DNA from: Eledone cirrhosa
Lineage: Eukaryota
Length of the DNA: 64,000 nt
Direction of reading: 5' to 3'
Assembly: GCA_964016885.1 (NCBI GenBank)
Contig: OZ024758.1
Location: 28,644,001-28,708,000, forward strand
Made by a program: the position numbers and the translations under genes. Under the pieces are notes generated by a model. That model saw nothing but the letters and a program-made list of their open reading frames with translations. It had not been told where the DNA came from and made no database searches. The number at the start of each line of letters is the position of its first letter. The first letter of the stretch is position 1. Positions 39,539 through 54,309 of this stretch are shown here, piece after piece.

Positions 39539-40258
39539 TACACACACACACACACACAGCATCTAGGAATTGGTTTATCTATTTTATCATTAATATACTC
39601 TCGAATATGTATGCCTATGTATGCAAATTACCAATCACTACTTATATATAAGTCTATAAAAATTAAAATAAACCCCAAATACCAGTTAGCTGCTGTGTAT
39701 TTGTATATGTAATAAATATAATAAAGAGATATTTCGAAACCTCTATATCGTTATAAATAGTTTAGAAGACAATAATCTTCATAAACATTATTTAATGAAT
39801 TGAAAATATTTCATTATATATTCCAGAAACATAATCTATGTGAATATTTTACTATTAAAAGTAAGATGATACTGGTTGTTGGCGTTCGCATACATTAATT
39901 TTAATATTTAATTTTTTAGATAACCTCTATTGTGGTCAAAATTCAGACGTGATGTCTCTATTTATTATAAATAAAGAATTAAATATACATTTAAGCTCTT
40001 TATACATAAAATCTTTTCTGTCTTATATCTAGAGTACACTTCGTTAAAATTGAGGTTAATGCTCCTACTATCAACACACAAGACGAGTGATTTCACAGCA
40101 TCTAAATCAATAATAGAAATCAAATTTTATGTAAGGAAAAGCAGCAGCTACTCATCATTCAGTCGATATTTTGTTATGTTCAGCTGAATGTTCGCATTTT
40201 ACAAAAGCAATGATGATGAGACAGAGTAAAGGGATCGAATGAAGACTTATTAAATATA

Positions 40259-40343
<85 letters not shown>

Positions 40344-40358
40344 CGCGCACACACACAC

Positions 40359-40407
<49 letters not shown>

Positions 40408-40452
40408 TATACTATATATATATATTGTGTGTGTGTACTCGCGCACACACAC

Positions 40453-40492
<40 letters not shown>

Positions 40493-40514
40493 GTGTGTAC
40501 TCGCGCAAACACAC

Positions 40515-40545
<31 letters not shown>

Positions 40546-40792
40546 CTTATACTATATATATATCTTATACTATATATATATATTGTGTGTGTACTCGCGC
40601 AAACACACACAATATATATATATATATATATATATATCTTATACTATATATATATCTTATACTATATATATATATTGTGTGTGTACTCGCGCAAACACAC
40701 ACAATATATATATATATATATATATATATCTTATACTATATATATATCTTATACTATATATATATATTGTGTGTGTACTCGCGCAAACACAC

Positions 40793-40823
<31 letters not shown>

Positions 40824-40840
40824 CTTATACTATATATATT
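40259..40840. repeat. Higher-order microsatellite array (six ACTCGCGC-containing units, ~62-97 bp period)
   Basis: Repeated (GT)n-ACTCGCGCAA-(AC)n-AA-(TA)n-TCTTATAC units. Confidence 0.92.
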
Positions 40841-42476
40841 ATTCAAAATATTAATAAATGAAGGCGTATTAATATTTTGAATAATATTAATAACTCCAGA
40901 AAACTTCCTCGTAGAGTGCTTTTAATCTATTGTAAAACTATATTCATTGAGTAATCAATGAACCATATTAATCTTTGGTCATATACTATATAAATATATA
41001 TATATATGGGGGGGGGGGCTATATGTATGTATATGTATATGTGCGAGAGAGAGAGAGAAGGAAAGAGAGAGAAAGGAGAGAAAGACAGAGAGAGAGAGAG
41101 AGATAATCAGTGATTAACTCCCTTAAATAGAGGAAAGTTTAATAAAAATCAGAAGATTAAGAAATTATTATTTAAATGAGGAGGTTTCCAATGTTTTTAG
41201 CTTTTTTTCTTTCATTCTTTCTCTCTTTTTTTCCTACTCAATACTATTAATAATAGGAAGATATGACAATTGATTGGGTCAATCGATAATGTGCGGAACA
41301 AATCGACTCAGACCTTAATATTACAATTTCTTCAATACAAAATGACCTTTTCAAAAGAATAACGAATTATATCTTGAGAAGCAGGGTATCACGTAAATGG
41401 TATTATTCAACTATACAGGTTACTTTATAGTTAGAGATACAAAAATTGTAAAGTAAATAAATAAAAATATAATTAAAAAAAAAAAAAAAATGATCAAAAG
41501 GAAGCAATTATCGATAATAATATACGAAATAGAAAAATCTTAACATCTAAAATATCGCTGGGGAAACTCAGGAGTGTCACACCCTCTAATTCTTTCTCCC
41601 CTTTCATTCCATCGATTTTATACCTTATTAAAAAATGTTATGTGTAAAATACCGCAGAAATAGCATTTTTTTAAATATATTTTATATTTTTCCCCTTCAA
41701 ATTAAAAGTAAACGACGACGGATATTATCAACTTATATACTGTATATAAGTATATAATATACGTGTAAAATATTACGCTATAAACATAAGCACAATTATA
41801 ATTCACTCATCAACTAGAACACGATCAAAGACTGCTAGGAATTTGATTTTCTCAAAAATAAAACAATTTATTTATGTATTTCATTCATATATTAATTTAG
41901 TTTTAGTTCATCAGTATATAAAAATATTTAAAATACAATTATTTTTTGGATTTCTTATGAAAACTTCAAAATCGAAAGCAATTGCAGACAAGCAATCAAT
42001 AACCCAAAGCTTTCTGTGTGTCTTTCTACCTATTCCTCATGTATATCTTTATTGATTTTAAGGGATCCAATTGTTGTGTAATAATGAGATTCAATGCGAT
42101 TGTTTCTCACTTGAATTAATAACTAACTGAATTCAATAAATGCAAAACAATCATTTAGATTGTCACATATATGCTAGAATATCATTAAATGAAAATAATT
42201 ACAGAAATTTTACTCAAGTAAAAAAACAACTCCCCCCTAAAATTAATAAAGATATACAAGAGGAACAGGTAGAAAATGATAGACTAGGGGAATGCAGCAT
42301 CAAATGTATTACCTGATCTAGCTATAAAGATATATATATTTCTGATCGTCTTCGGGTGAAAATCTCAGGTAAACTAAGGAAATCGTTCGGTAGTGAAATA
42401 AATAAACAATGGGTTACGAAAACTATGGAAATGATGTATTATTTAGGGTTTCTATGTTAGAAATATATTCACTCAC

Positions 42477-43262
42477 CTGACATGCATTGTACAATATTTG
42501 ATGCTCATACTTCTTAACAGTTAATATATTCTGGAACATATCATAAAGTTGCTCTTTACTAAGAATTAGTTCAGAGGCAGCAGTGGTCCCTCTCTGGGGA
42601 TGTTTTCGAGGATCTTCCTCACCTCGAAATATCGCATCATATTTAGTCATCCAGGAACTTAAAACGGTTTCTTTACTGAGACCATCAATCTCCGGTAAAC
42701 TCCTCACCCGTTTTTCAATATTATTCTTAAAAACCTCTCTGAAATCGTTAGCCGATGACCCTCCACTTTTGACCATTGCCAACACACGGTCACTTTTAAC
42801 GAACACTTCATAATAACTTTGTACAGCATTCGTGAAAGCTTCGTCGGCCACAATATTAGTTTCTCCGTTAAGAAAGGCGCTGAATCTATCCTTAATAGTC
42901 TGCAGCTGTTGTTTAGTGATTTTGGTTTGTCGCCTGGCCATATCTGTCGGCTGCTTGGCATTAAACGGGTAAGCAATACACCGCATGACAAAGACATAAA
43001 GCTGCAACCGTCTTTTCCTTTCTTCTTCGGATTTTGCATCATTTTTCTCAGCATCTTCACTTTTTTCCCTTTCGCTAATTAGTGATGGACTGGGGCTAGA
43101 TGGCCTTGCTTGGCTGGTATTAGGTCGACTACTCTGCACACTCAGGTTATCCCCGCTTGCTGACAAACTCCGTTCAGCACTAGGTACACTAAGAACATCA
43201 GAATTTTCATCTTCGATAGTCTCATTTTCTGATTCTTCTTCACTGGATGACGGATCAAGCAT
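42477..43262 (-). CDS. CADPS: CAPS/CADPS (calcium-dependent secretion activator, UNC-31 homolog), first coding exon (262 codons)
   Basis: Translation begins [11 protein letters not shown] and contains [55 protein letters not shown] and [17 protein letters not shown], all characteristic of the CAPS N-terminus. Homology ends at ...LYNACQ, followed by a canonical phase-0 donor CAG|GTGAGT (minus strand, intron starts at 42476). Confidence 0.97.
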
Positions 43263-43640
43263 ATTAGGTATTCACTTTCCCCGAGTTGAATACCTTCGAT
43301 CTGAAGTGCTGTTGATATACTGGTCTTTGGCTCACAACTGGCTTACAATCAGGTTCGAAACCAGACTGACAATGGCCATATCATTAGCGCATGCGCTTTA
43401 TTCAAGCAGACGACATCAATGATAAAAAATCTTTTATCTTTTATTTTTTAATTTACATTACAGCATTTTCATTTAATTTATTCAAACAAAATTTTAACAA
43501 CAATTTTAGAAAATATTTTATATCGTTTGACAATTTAATAACTCATTTTAGTGACGTCATGCAAATTTGTGGGAACCCTCTGGTACACAACAATAGGTCC
43601 CCGTAGAACACACATTTATAATGGCAGCCATTATGCCGAT
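43263..43640 (-). promoter_or_regulatory. Putative CADPS 5' UTR and proximal promoter
   Basis: Directly upstream of the ATG: AGCGCATGCGCT palindrome (43386-43397, NRF1/EWG-type), TGACGTCA CRE (43552-43559) overlapping octamer ATGCAAAT (43559-43566), and ATAATGGC-A-GCCATTAT palindrome (43618-43634, YY1-like cores). The TSS cannot be determined from sequence alone. Confidence 0.6.
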
Positions 43641-44100
43641 TTGAGTTTAGTAATCATCCGTTTTGGATTGTAGTAAACATTGTACGTTGTTATTGACATT
43701 TAGAACGTCAGAAATTCCAGGGTAGCTGGGATGAAGGGTAGTATGGACAACGTTGCTTTGAGGAAACTTTACTTACTAACACAGAAAGGAAAAATTCTCC
43801 AGTTTAGACGGATTTCTTGAACCAACTATCTTTTGCATGAAATTACTTGCAGACAGTGTAAATAAACATACAGAACGGATCTTTTGTTACTTTCACTATT
43901 GTGATTAGAGAAAGTTATTCTCTGATTTTTCATTATTGTCTATTACATCGTATCGATACATTTCTTCATTAAGAAAACTTTTTTAACGCTGGAATATTGT
44001 CACCATAAGTAGAACGAGTAAGTACCTACGCAATCCATCTGTAAATATTGCTGAACGTATGTGTATGCATGTCCCTCTGTGATATATATATATGATATGA

Positions 44101-44160
<60 letters not shown>

Positions 44161-46459
44161 ATGTACATGTGTGTATATTCATATATATATATATATTTAT
44201 ATATAATGGGTGTGATCAATTTGTAATAATAAGTTATGTGATTGGGATTGTTTTTACAAAATTTCTAGCTAGAAATCTTTAAAAAAATGATATGTATGTA
44301 TATTTATTCACACACACATTGTAAATAAATTTATATATATATATATGGCTTTCACAATTCTGATAGCGCTTGTGTAGAGATTTCTATCTATTTACATATA
44401 TTATGTGTAAATATTTATACCACACCGATTGAATAAATATGTTTACCATGAAATATTTATTTTATTTTACTATAGCAATTCAATTTAATATTATTATTTT
44501 AGATGCATTTTATTCCTCTCTGTTAATCTTAAATATAAAAGAAGAAAATGGCAAATATCTTGTTTTAAGTAGTAGCCTGGTTGTGTTGATAGTGCCAGTC
44601 GAACGTGTCTCACTAAACAGCCATATTAGTTCCCTTGCTAATCTGCTACATTGAATATATTCCTCTAATATTTTCTTTTAAAATGAAGGTTTCTAGTTGT
44701 TTATTTTGCCTGAAAATATAAAATTACTTTGTTTTTGTATGTGTATCATTCAGATGATCTGCAAATGCACGTGTGAATGTATTAATTGTACGTTTTGTTT
44801 TGTACTTAAAGATATAATGCTAAAATAAAAGGTTCGGTGTTGGTTGTGCTTTGTTTCTGTTTAATTAAAAACAAAAAAAATGTGGGATTCTAATTCACCA
44901 ATTTCTTATTTATTGTTAAGTTTGATTAATTTTCAAACATTTTTATTTGCGTTGGTATGTAAATAAATGAAGAATGATATAAATCAGTAAATTATGTTAT
45001 GACCTTAATCAATTCAAAATGACCTGATTTTCATTTTTTCACTTGCGTTGTCTTCTCTTGTGGCGTTCAACAAACATGACGGCAATTTTTAATTGTTCGC
45101 GTGTGGATGGAAATGTGAGCTAATCTTTTTAGCTAGAGAAATATGGTTCAGAATAAATTTTTATTCCTTATATTCAATTTAGTATCCAGATGTGTGAATG
45201 TTTGTATATTTGCTTAAAACTAAGATATGTTGAAATATATCAACGAAGCTGTCAATGCTTATGTCTGATACCTATCTTTTTTTTTTTTTTTTCATTTACG
45301 TTTAAAATTTAACTTTGACATTTCCGTCGATGAAATATATATATATATTTAAATCAATGCTTTCAAAAAAAGACATTACTATATTTTAAAAAATTTGTGA
45401 GGAGAAAATATCACCTATACTGTTAAATCGATATTATCATTTGTTCACTGGTGTGTTCATATTGACATGAAATCGCTTGTATTGCGATCATCGATTTTGC
45501 CCTTCTGGTTCTTAAAACCAACAAGGCTGAATCAATCATATTGTTTGTGGAAATTTCTTGTATATTATTTTTTCCTTACTTGAATATATTTTTCTGCATC
45601 CAATGAGCATTGTCTCATTGTAATAAAATTTGGGTTTTTTTTATTTCTGATGTGATTCTATATTGTATCAAATTATTTTGGCATTTTTAATAATCCGGTT
45701 TGAAATGAATTGTCTCTTATTGTAAATATCTTACTAGTTACATTTGTGAAATTGTTTCTTTCTGAAATCTTATCTAGTGTATGTCATTAGTAGTGTTTTA
45801 CCTATGCAATACTGGTTTATTTCATTTGTAAAAACTCCCAAGTTTTGAAATCAAAACAAAACCCTAGCTCACTAAATAAATCACATCTCTTTCGGTATAT
45901 TATTTCTATTAAAAACTCGTTTTTTTTTTGTTTTTGTTTTTTTTTTTTAGTTTTATTTATTTGTCCAGTTAACAATTTACATAATTTCCTATAAAAGTTT
46001 GTCGGATTATATGAAAATATTTTAAAAATAATATCGTAAACATTAGATTAGTTTTTAGAAAGCGTCTAATTTACAACAAAAAGGCCTTCTTTCAAATATT
46101 AATATTTTTAGCTCGAAGGTTTGTTGTAAATGTATTCAAGGTGAAAGGCAGTGCTTAATGATTATTTATCACGGTAAACAGAAGATATAAAATTAAATTC
46201 TTCTGAATGTGTTAATCGATACTTTTATTGCTCTAACCTGCCTCTGAGGATGGATTATAAATGATAAAATTTCATAATGGGAGTTGATCTTTTAGCTTTT
46301 TTGTTGGCAAAACATTCTTCTTACTTCCCTTTGCTTAGTTTTCCTTACTAATTTTTTGTCTCTCCCCTCCCTTTTTTATTTTTTCGTAATCGTATATATC
46401 AAATAGTTAATTGTAATTCTAGAATGCTCTATAATTTCTTATTAAAAATGTTGAATTAG

Positions 46460-46500
<41 letters not shown>

Positions 46501-49500
46501 ATTTCAATCACACAATCTGTTTCTATCTCACACAGTCACGTTTCACTTGTATACACACCCACACTCAACAGGAACACCATTGCTTTCGTTAAATTGCACA
46601 TTTTCCAAACACTCTACTTATCATATTTATTTCATATTTATTAACTATCATCACATAACTATACTTTCTAAACAAAATCGCTTATGCAAGACCTTCAGAA
46701 TTTATGAATCTGCGTGCATGCATTTATATCTGTGGGTTAAATTCACTGGATTTTTTTTAAATGAGCTCTTAATTCATATATAACGCACATCAGTTGATAT
46801 CCTATTATCAAAGGGAATTTTTAAAAAATATTTTTGCAATTCTTTTATGTGGTTATACAGGCGCATACTAATATTAAAATTCATAATTTCTTCGTTTAGT
46901 TATTTTAAGTGTCTTTCTCATATACAGGATGTTGTAGCTACATCATTTTGATGACTTCCTGTCTACTGCCTTTTCAGAATATTTTTATTTGTAAACTTGT
47001 CATAAATTCTTGATGTTGAAAGAAATTGATAATAAAATTTAACCCCTTTTCTTTTTCCTTGATTAGTAAACTCTGTATTGCGTATCTGAACGTTATCATT
47101 TCCATTTTCTGGCTGTATATTTAAATCAATTTTCCAATCAATGTTTAACGCTAAAAAGCAATGGAGTTTTAAGCACCAATGGAGAGAGCTTTGCGGCATT
47201 GGCTGAGTTACTAAAGAATTCGCGGCTTCGAATTAAGTTCTCTTAGATGACTTCCCATTTAGATAAAACGATATCTAAAGATAGTTTCATTGATTTTATT
47301 TCCAGTGTGCACTGTTGCTTCTACAAATGAAATTTTGGCTTCTTTTCGGAATTTAATTTTGATGTTCTGTACATTACGTGTATTTTGATTAAAAACTAAA
47401 AAAGATTCGTTTCAAAAAATTAAATTATTTATATCGATGTTAAATTTACATTTTGTGGTGAAATATTAGATGTATTCCAAATATATTTAGCAGTGGTTAT
47501 GCAACAACGTTTAAAAAGAAAAGGCGTTTTACGAATTTAATATTCAATCTCCATCTAACTCAATGTTTAAGACGTGGAATATTTGAAATTCATCTAATTA
47601 ACCTGAAACATAGGACACTGGACTGGATAGGCTATATGTAATTTATTAACTCAATGGTTTTCAGGTGTGAATCCACAAATTCTCACTGAGTTATATTGGC
47701 TTTTAACATTCTCTGATCGACACAATAACTATCACATATCTGCTATGATGAGTTTTGGGTCATCTCTCCCTCTCCCTCTCGTACGCAACAAGACCCCCTC
47801 CCGCCAATGTTAGGTAAATGAGTCAAGAGGAATTCTCGTTACTCTTTCTCAAAAAAAAGATGAAATTAAAATTTATACTATCAGATCTGAATTCTAATTA
47901 AAGGAATACATACTGTAAACAGTATTTAGTTAGATGATAAATTGAATCCTAAAAGCCCATCAAGTGTTAGATAAATGATGATGGTAATGAATATATATAT
48001 ATGTATATATAATTATTAATTGTAACATCTGTTTATCCATTCAAACAGCAATTGTGAACGAATCTACAAAAGCACTTCTCCATCGTTTCCTGTCTTTCAT
48101 CATTTACAATTAAAATATGCTTTAAAAAATTTGGAACAATATTTATAAATAGGTATTAAGTGTAGAATAATTTAGATATGTTGTGGATTTAATTAAGCAT
48201 ATTTTCAACCAAGTAAACTAATTCATAATTGGTACTGTTTTATCTTTAAAATAAAATAAATCAGTGTTAAATGTTCATTATTGGTTTCATTTATTCCATG
48301 TGTTTGGTCAATTTATTTACAGAAGATAACCACTCCTGATAGTATTCAGTAGGAATATAGAACAGAAGCCAATATATGTTTAACACTTCAAAAGAATTTT
48401 TAGTTATACTTATATAATATTAATACTGTCGGCAATTAGTGGAACATTTTTATTTTCTACCACTTACTTTGGGAGAATATATATATTGTGTTGCAAAAAT
48501 AATAAATTACATTAGTGTTTTCAGATAAATACACTAAAGAAGTTTGAGTATTATATGTTTCTTAAGCTTCACTAATATTAATTAATTAACATTCGAAACT
48601 CTAAAGATGAAGTCTTTTTCTTTTTTTGCATAGGAACAGCTGTTGTACAGTTTAAGAAATTAATCGCTATTTAGCTTATTAATTCTTTATTGAACTATAT
48701 TATTCTCTGCATATGTTATCTTGAGACTGTTCAACAGAGCAGCAATCCATATTTCCATTCCTTACCTCTAAACCTTATAAGACTCAGCAGGAGAGAGATT
48801 AATTAAGAATGACAATTAACTGTGAGTAAAATTAAAATAAATAGGTAATGTCATTTTAGCAGACTCCCGAATTTATTATATATCATGTGTTAGTGCCAAC
48901 ATTGGCTACATTTCTTCATTTATGGGAGTAGGGGTTCTCAATTGACTAATAGGTGAAATGGTTGTTTTAGTTTGTCTTTTTTTATATTACAATTCAGTTC
49001 TTACTACATGAGCATCTTCTTAATATACATTTTACTTGCTTTTTTTTGTCTTGTGTTTTTAATTAATTCTGATGTGATTACATTCTGATTATGACTTCCT
49101 CTATGTACCTGTTAGTATATTATTAGGTGTTAATATATTTTCAAAGAAAGAAAATTATCAAATATATTTTGAGAATTTTTATATAAATTAAGTCTTATAT
49201 TTATTATTTTGGTGGTCTGTACAGTCCAAGACAGTTGATTGGTAGAATTGTTGAGGTGTGAGACAAGGTGCCTTTCAGTATCTTCCAACTCTTTGCATCC
49301 TGAGTACATCCAGCCACCTGAGCACTCTGTCAAATTTGCAATTGGTCATTGTAGCCTGGTCAGCTACAAACAACATAGATAGGACAATAGTAGTTGTTAT
49401 TCACTCATTTACCCAGTTTGACTTGGTTTTATTTATAGAGAAATATGTTGTATTTTTAAATTATTTATTTAAAAACCCTCTCTTCCCAATGCTATTTTGA

Positions 49501-52500
49501 AAAGGTCATTTTTCTATGATTTTCATAGTGATATTAAAAATATTTTTTAAATTGTTATAAATATTTTTGAATTAAAACACCAATGTTATCAATAGGAATA
49601 TCACAAAGGAGAATTATTCTTGATTATGATAGATTTGAAATGGGCTAAGTGGATTAAAGAAAGAGGAAAGTTAATCATGAAAAAAAAGAGAAAAAAACTC
49701 ACCCTGAACATTATCTAGTTCTCATTGATTGATTATACAGCTTAGGAGCTTATAATTAATAAGGGGTGTGATATTAGTTACTTGTGTCAGTCTCAACAAT
49801 TAAATCTTAATATTCCTCACTTCCATAATTTTCCTTTTCTTTGGGCTAGAAATTTATTTTTAAATTTTATAGATCAATGTATTGTCCAAGTTAATTTCAG
49901 CATTAGCAATTTCATTCTTCATTCAAAGGTTTTTTTTTTCAAATTTCCTTTCCTTTCTTTATAATGAAATATAAATGGCTACAAAGTTTGATATCGAGCT
50001 GACTAGAGTTATCCCTCTGATTATTATATTTCTAATGAAAGATACTGCCTATGATTTTGAAATTAATCAAGAATTCGGAGAGATTTAGTAATGTAACTTA
50101 CTGTGTCATTATTTATCTGGTATTACATAAAATTATGATGGAAGGTTTTTTAAATAAATATAAATACTTGTATAATATAAACAGCTTTTATCATAGAACC
50201 AGGGGTGGTTTCTGACAGTTTGGTATCAAAATAGTTAATTTATAATTATGTTTCTCATTTGCAACTTAAGTCATATATTTTTATGCGGAGCTATATCTCA
50301 CAATTAAAAGAATTTTATTGGTTCATTGGGAGTACTTCATCGTCTATCCCTCTCTGGTTGATTTAAAAAAAAGTACCAGTCCAATAGTATTGTCAATTTA
50401 ATCACCTTATCTTCTGCCAAACCTCACCTCTTAGAAATTATAAATGTATGTATATATGTGTGTGTGCATTTCTTTACAACGATGTATTGGCAGAGTCATT
50501 AGAACACCAAACAGAATAGTTTACAGTATTTGTTTCAGCTCTCTGCACACTGAATTCAAATCCCCACTAGGTCATCTTTGCCTTTCATCCTTTTGAGGTC
50601 AATAGAGGACCATTCATAACTGGAGTCAATTCTTCCTCTCTGTTACACTCTCTCTTTCTCCTTCAGACATTTGGAACATAAGATAGCAAAAATTATGATG
50701 GAAAATCTTTTGACATGTAAATCAACTGTGTTTATCCAGTTTAGAAATGGTACACTGTATTTCCGTGAGTCTTAAGAATTGACTACAAGGGTTGGTGTCA
50801 GAAAGGGCATCTAGCTGTAAAACATTGCTACAATACAGCCTATCCAGCCTATAGTATGGAAAAGTCAACTTAATGATTGTGATGAACACTTTAAAACAAA
50901 CAGTCTTGTATTATAGAAGAAAGGATGGTTTGGTATCAAAACATACTTTTCACTGATATTGATCCATAAAACTTATAACAGTGTGGTCACTCAATTGACT
51001 AAAAATAGCAACCAAGTCTTCTTGAACAAATAGCAAAGATTTAGTCCCTTATGTCCTCCCTTCCTCCTCTTTTTTATTTGATACTTATTAGAAAGGAGGA
51101 AACCTTGCCAGAAACAGTTCTGTATGAGCAAGACACGGTCACTTGATCTGACTTTGTCTTCTCACAACAGGACAACTTGTCTAACCAATGTTAGCAAGGA
51201 AAAATGGACATTAAATGGTGGTGATGATGATGATGATGTGTATATGGCAGCAACATGCTATGTAAAAGGCTCTGGTCTATAGACACCCTCACACCACAAG
51301 ATTGTATGTATCCTGAGAAACTATATAGGCCTAGCAGCCAACAATTTTAAGGTTAGATTCTCTCATTATATGCACTCCTTCAAGTGCAAGAACAAGGAAA
51401 ATTCTAGCTCCTGGTCCCATTTCATCAAAGGTCTCTAAGACCAATGAAACAACATCTCTGCCATTGCATGGAACCTCCTTGAGCCCCTTATTTGCTCCAC
51501 TTTGCCTCTATGAGAGGTTGCATATATGATAACACTGTAGGCTCCAACCATAAAAGAAACTCTGCTAGCTGTTTCATTACCATATTTATAGTCAAATATA
51601 ATATACCCGAGTCCATGTATGAAGAATTTGGAAGGATATACTAAAATTATTAGTTATTTCATTATTAAGATTGCAATTGTAACATAACTTAAATGGTTCT
51701 TATATCAATTTATGTTGAAATATTTCAATTTAAAACAGGTGGCCTTGTTTCATAGAACCAAAGACAATTTTAGGCAGGTTGGTACCAAAGCATTAGGCAA
51801 TTTCAGTCCTTGATATAACACTTTAGCTCCACCTAACCCATGTGCATGTACACACACCTAAAGGATGCCTACATCAATCTCACTGTAGCATCAGATACAG
51901 ATAGCTACTACAAAACAACACCTATTGCATGATGTTGCTAGTTCACCATTGTGTTTGTGTACTAGGCTGTCAGGCTTCCCACAGGGTCAGCAATCAAGCA
52001 GAACTGATCATTCAGTCCCACCACTGGTAATGCACTGAGTCAAACTTTATATCATCATCATCATCATTTAACGTCCATTTTCCACGCTAGCATGGTTTAG
52101 ACAGGTTGTCCCATTAGAAGCAAATTGGGTCAAGTGACTGAATCTTACTCATATAAAACTGTTTATATATATATTCAATTACCACCTTGCATTGATTGCT
52201 CCGTTCATTCGTTTATACCTCCAGCTGTATATATATATATATCCATTCATACATAAAACTACTCATTAAATATGGTTTGTGTGTTTGTGTCTGACATTTA
52301 AGTATATGAGTGATTCAATGGTTAGGGTGTTGAATTCTTGATCATATGGTTGTGAGTTCGATTCCTAAACTGGGTGTTGTGTTGTGTTCTTGGGAAAGAC
52401 TCATCATTTCATGTTGCTTTTCATGACACGACTGAAGGCTCATCATAAAGCACCTTAGAAACCTATCAAATGCAACCTTGTTGCTGGCCAACTAAAACCT

Positions 52501-53594
52501 GCATGTGTGAACAGATTTTTTTTTTTTTTTTTTGGTATGTGAAGGTGGTGTCCTATATGAATTATTAAATTTTTACTTTTATATCAAAGATGTTCCGCCT
52601 TTTAAACTCATAATTGTAATTTTTTCATATTTTTTTATAGAGACTGTCCATATTATCTTGTCAAGGATATCTACACCTATATTTGTCATATATATTGTGT
52701 TTTATACATCACTTTTAGTTGCATGATTAATGAGCAATCTTTGACTAGGGGCATTTTTTCAAATTTTCACAGCAAGGCATAAACTGTAGTTTTCTCTGCA
52801 GATTTTCTAGTATATACTCTGCAGAAATATTCATTATTTAATTATGTTGCTTATGAAAGAACCTTTACAGATTAGATTGGCTATTTTAGTTAATTCCCAA
52901 ATATAATTATGTATTGACCAATCTTGCCATCATCAACATCACTATCATTATCATCTCTACCTTCCCAATCCATTGATCTCCCTCTCAGCTTTATCCACCC
53001 AACTATCATAACTACCAATACAAGTACCATCCCTATATATACATATGTATACACATGTTTGTGTGAGTAGCTACATACATGTCAATCCAGCTAACTTATT
53101 TCTTTATTTTCTTTTTGTTATCCTGAATTGACCCCTCTTCAAATATAGCCGTTATACATTTTATTTTCCGTTATCTATGTTGGCATGGGTTGGATAAATC
53201 ATTACAGTCCGAGTCCTTATTTGGAATTGCTGACCTTGTAGAGAAGTCGTTAGGTACATTTCATCATAGCACCATCACTAAAATGTCTTCGACTGAGCGA
53301 GAATGCTCCATCCCTACTTTGCACTCATTATTTATATGTGCCAAAAGTAGAAACGATTGTATATACAGATATCTGTGTGTGTGTGTGTTCGCGTGAATGT
53401 GATCATCATTATATTTATATATGTATATATTCCCACTTTGTAAATAGGTGTTAGGAAGGGCACCCAGCTATAGAAATCATGCCAAAATGAGCAAGATGCG
53501 GTCATCTGACCCGTTAGTCTCAGACCGTGACAACCAATCCAACCCATGCCAGCATAGTTAACAGACTTAAAACTCTGATGATATTCTCTCTATC

Positions 53595-53654
<60 letters not shown>

Positions 53655-54309
53655 AAATCAAAATTGACGTTTACCCTTAAACGCATCCTTAAAATGAAAC
53701 AAAATCCGAAATTTATACTTGTTTGCGGTGACATACTTTATATCGAAATTATTTCCTGGTCGTGTGATCAGTTTTACTGCTGTGTAACAACTCTGAGATT
53801 TATAAATTTATAGTGTAATTTATCATTTTACTTTATCAAAACTATAACTATATTGTGTGTATTTCTAATGGCTTTATCTTATAAAGCTTGTTTTCATAAA
53901 TTCTCTTTTCATTCATATTCCTTGGCTTACATCGTTTCTTGAAATAAAAAATAATAATGTATTCAAGATGGATGACTGTAACAATAATTATCGATTTTCT
54001 AAGTTACCTCCCTTATCTGAATACTTTCCCTTTGTAAATGAAAGAGCTTCAACTATCTCTATCATGCAGTCGGTTCATATTTTTTACACACACACACATG
54101 CCATTTTTCACTATGTATATTTAGTTTCGAGTAGAACCAATTCTAAATTATATAGTTTTTTTTTTTTGTTTTCTTTTTATTAGGCTTAGTATTCTGACAT
54201 ATTTTTAAACAATATTGAATTCATGTAAAAACAAAGGTGATTAAAACGTATTAGGTTGGTGTTTTAAAGGTGATAAAAACGTATTAAATTGGTGTTTTAA
54301 AGTTATATT

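Noticed and set aside
42423-42476. C-terminal 17 aa (VSEYISN...) of the 279-aa ORF as a truncated CAPS isoform
   Set aside because: Read-through past a canonical GTGAGT donor. Homology continues in the exon at 14505-14585.
46963-47199. 78-aa minus-strand ORF upstream of CADPS
   Set aside because: No recognisable homology or splice support; consistent with chance.
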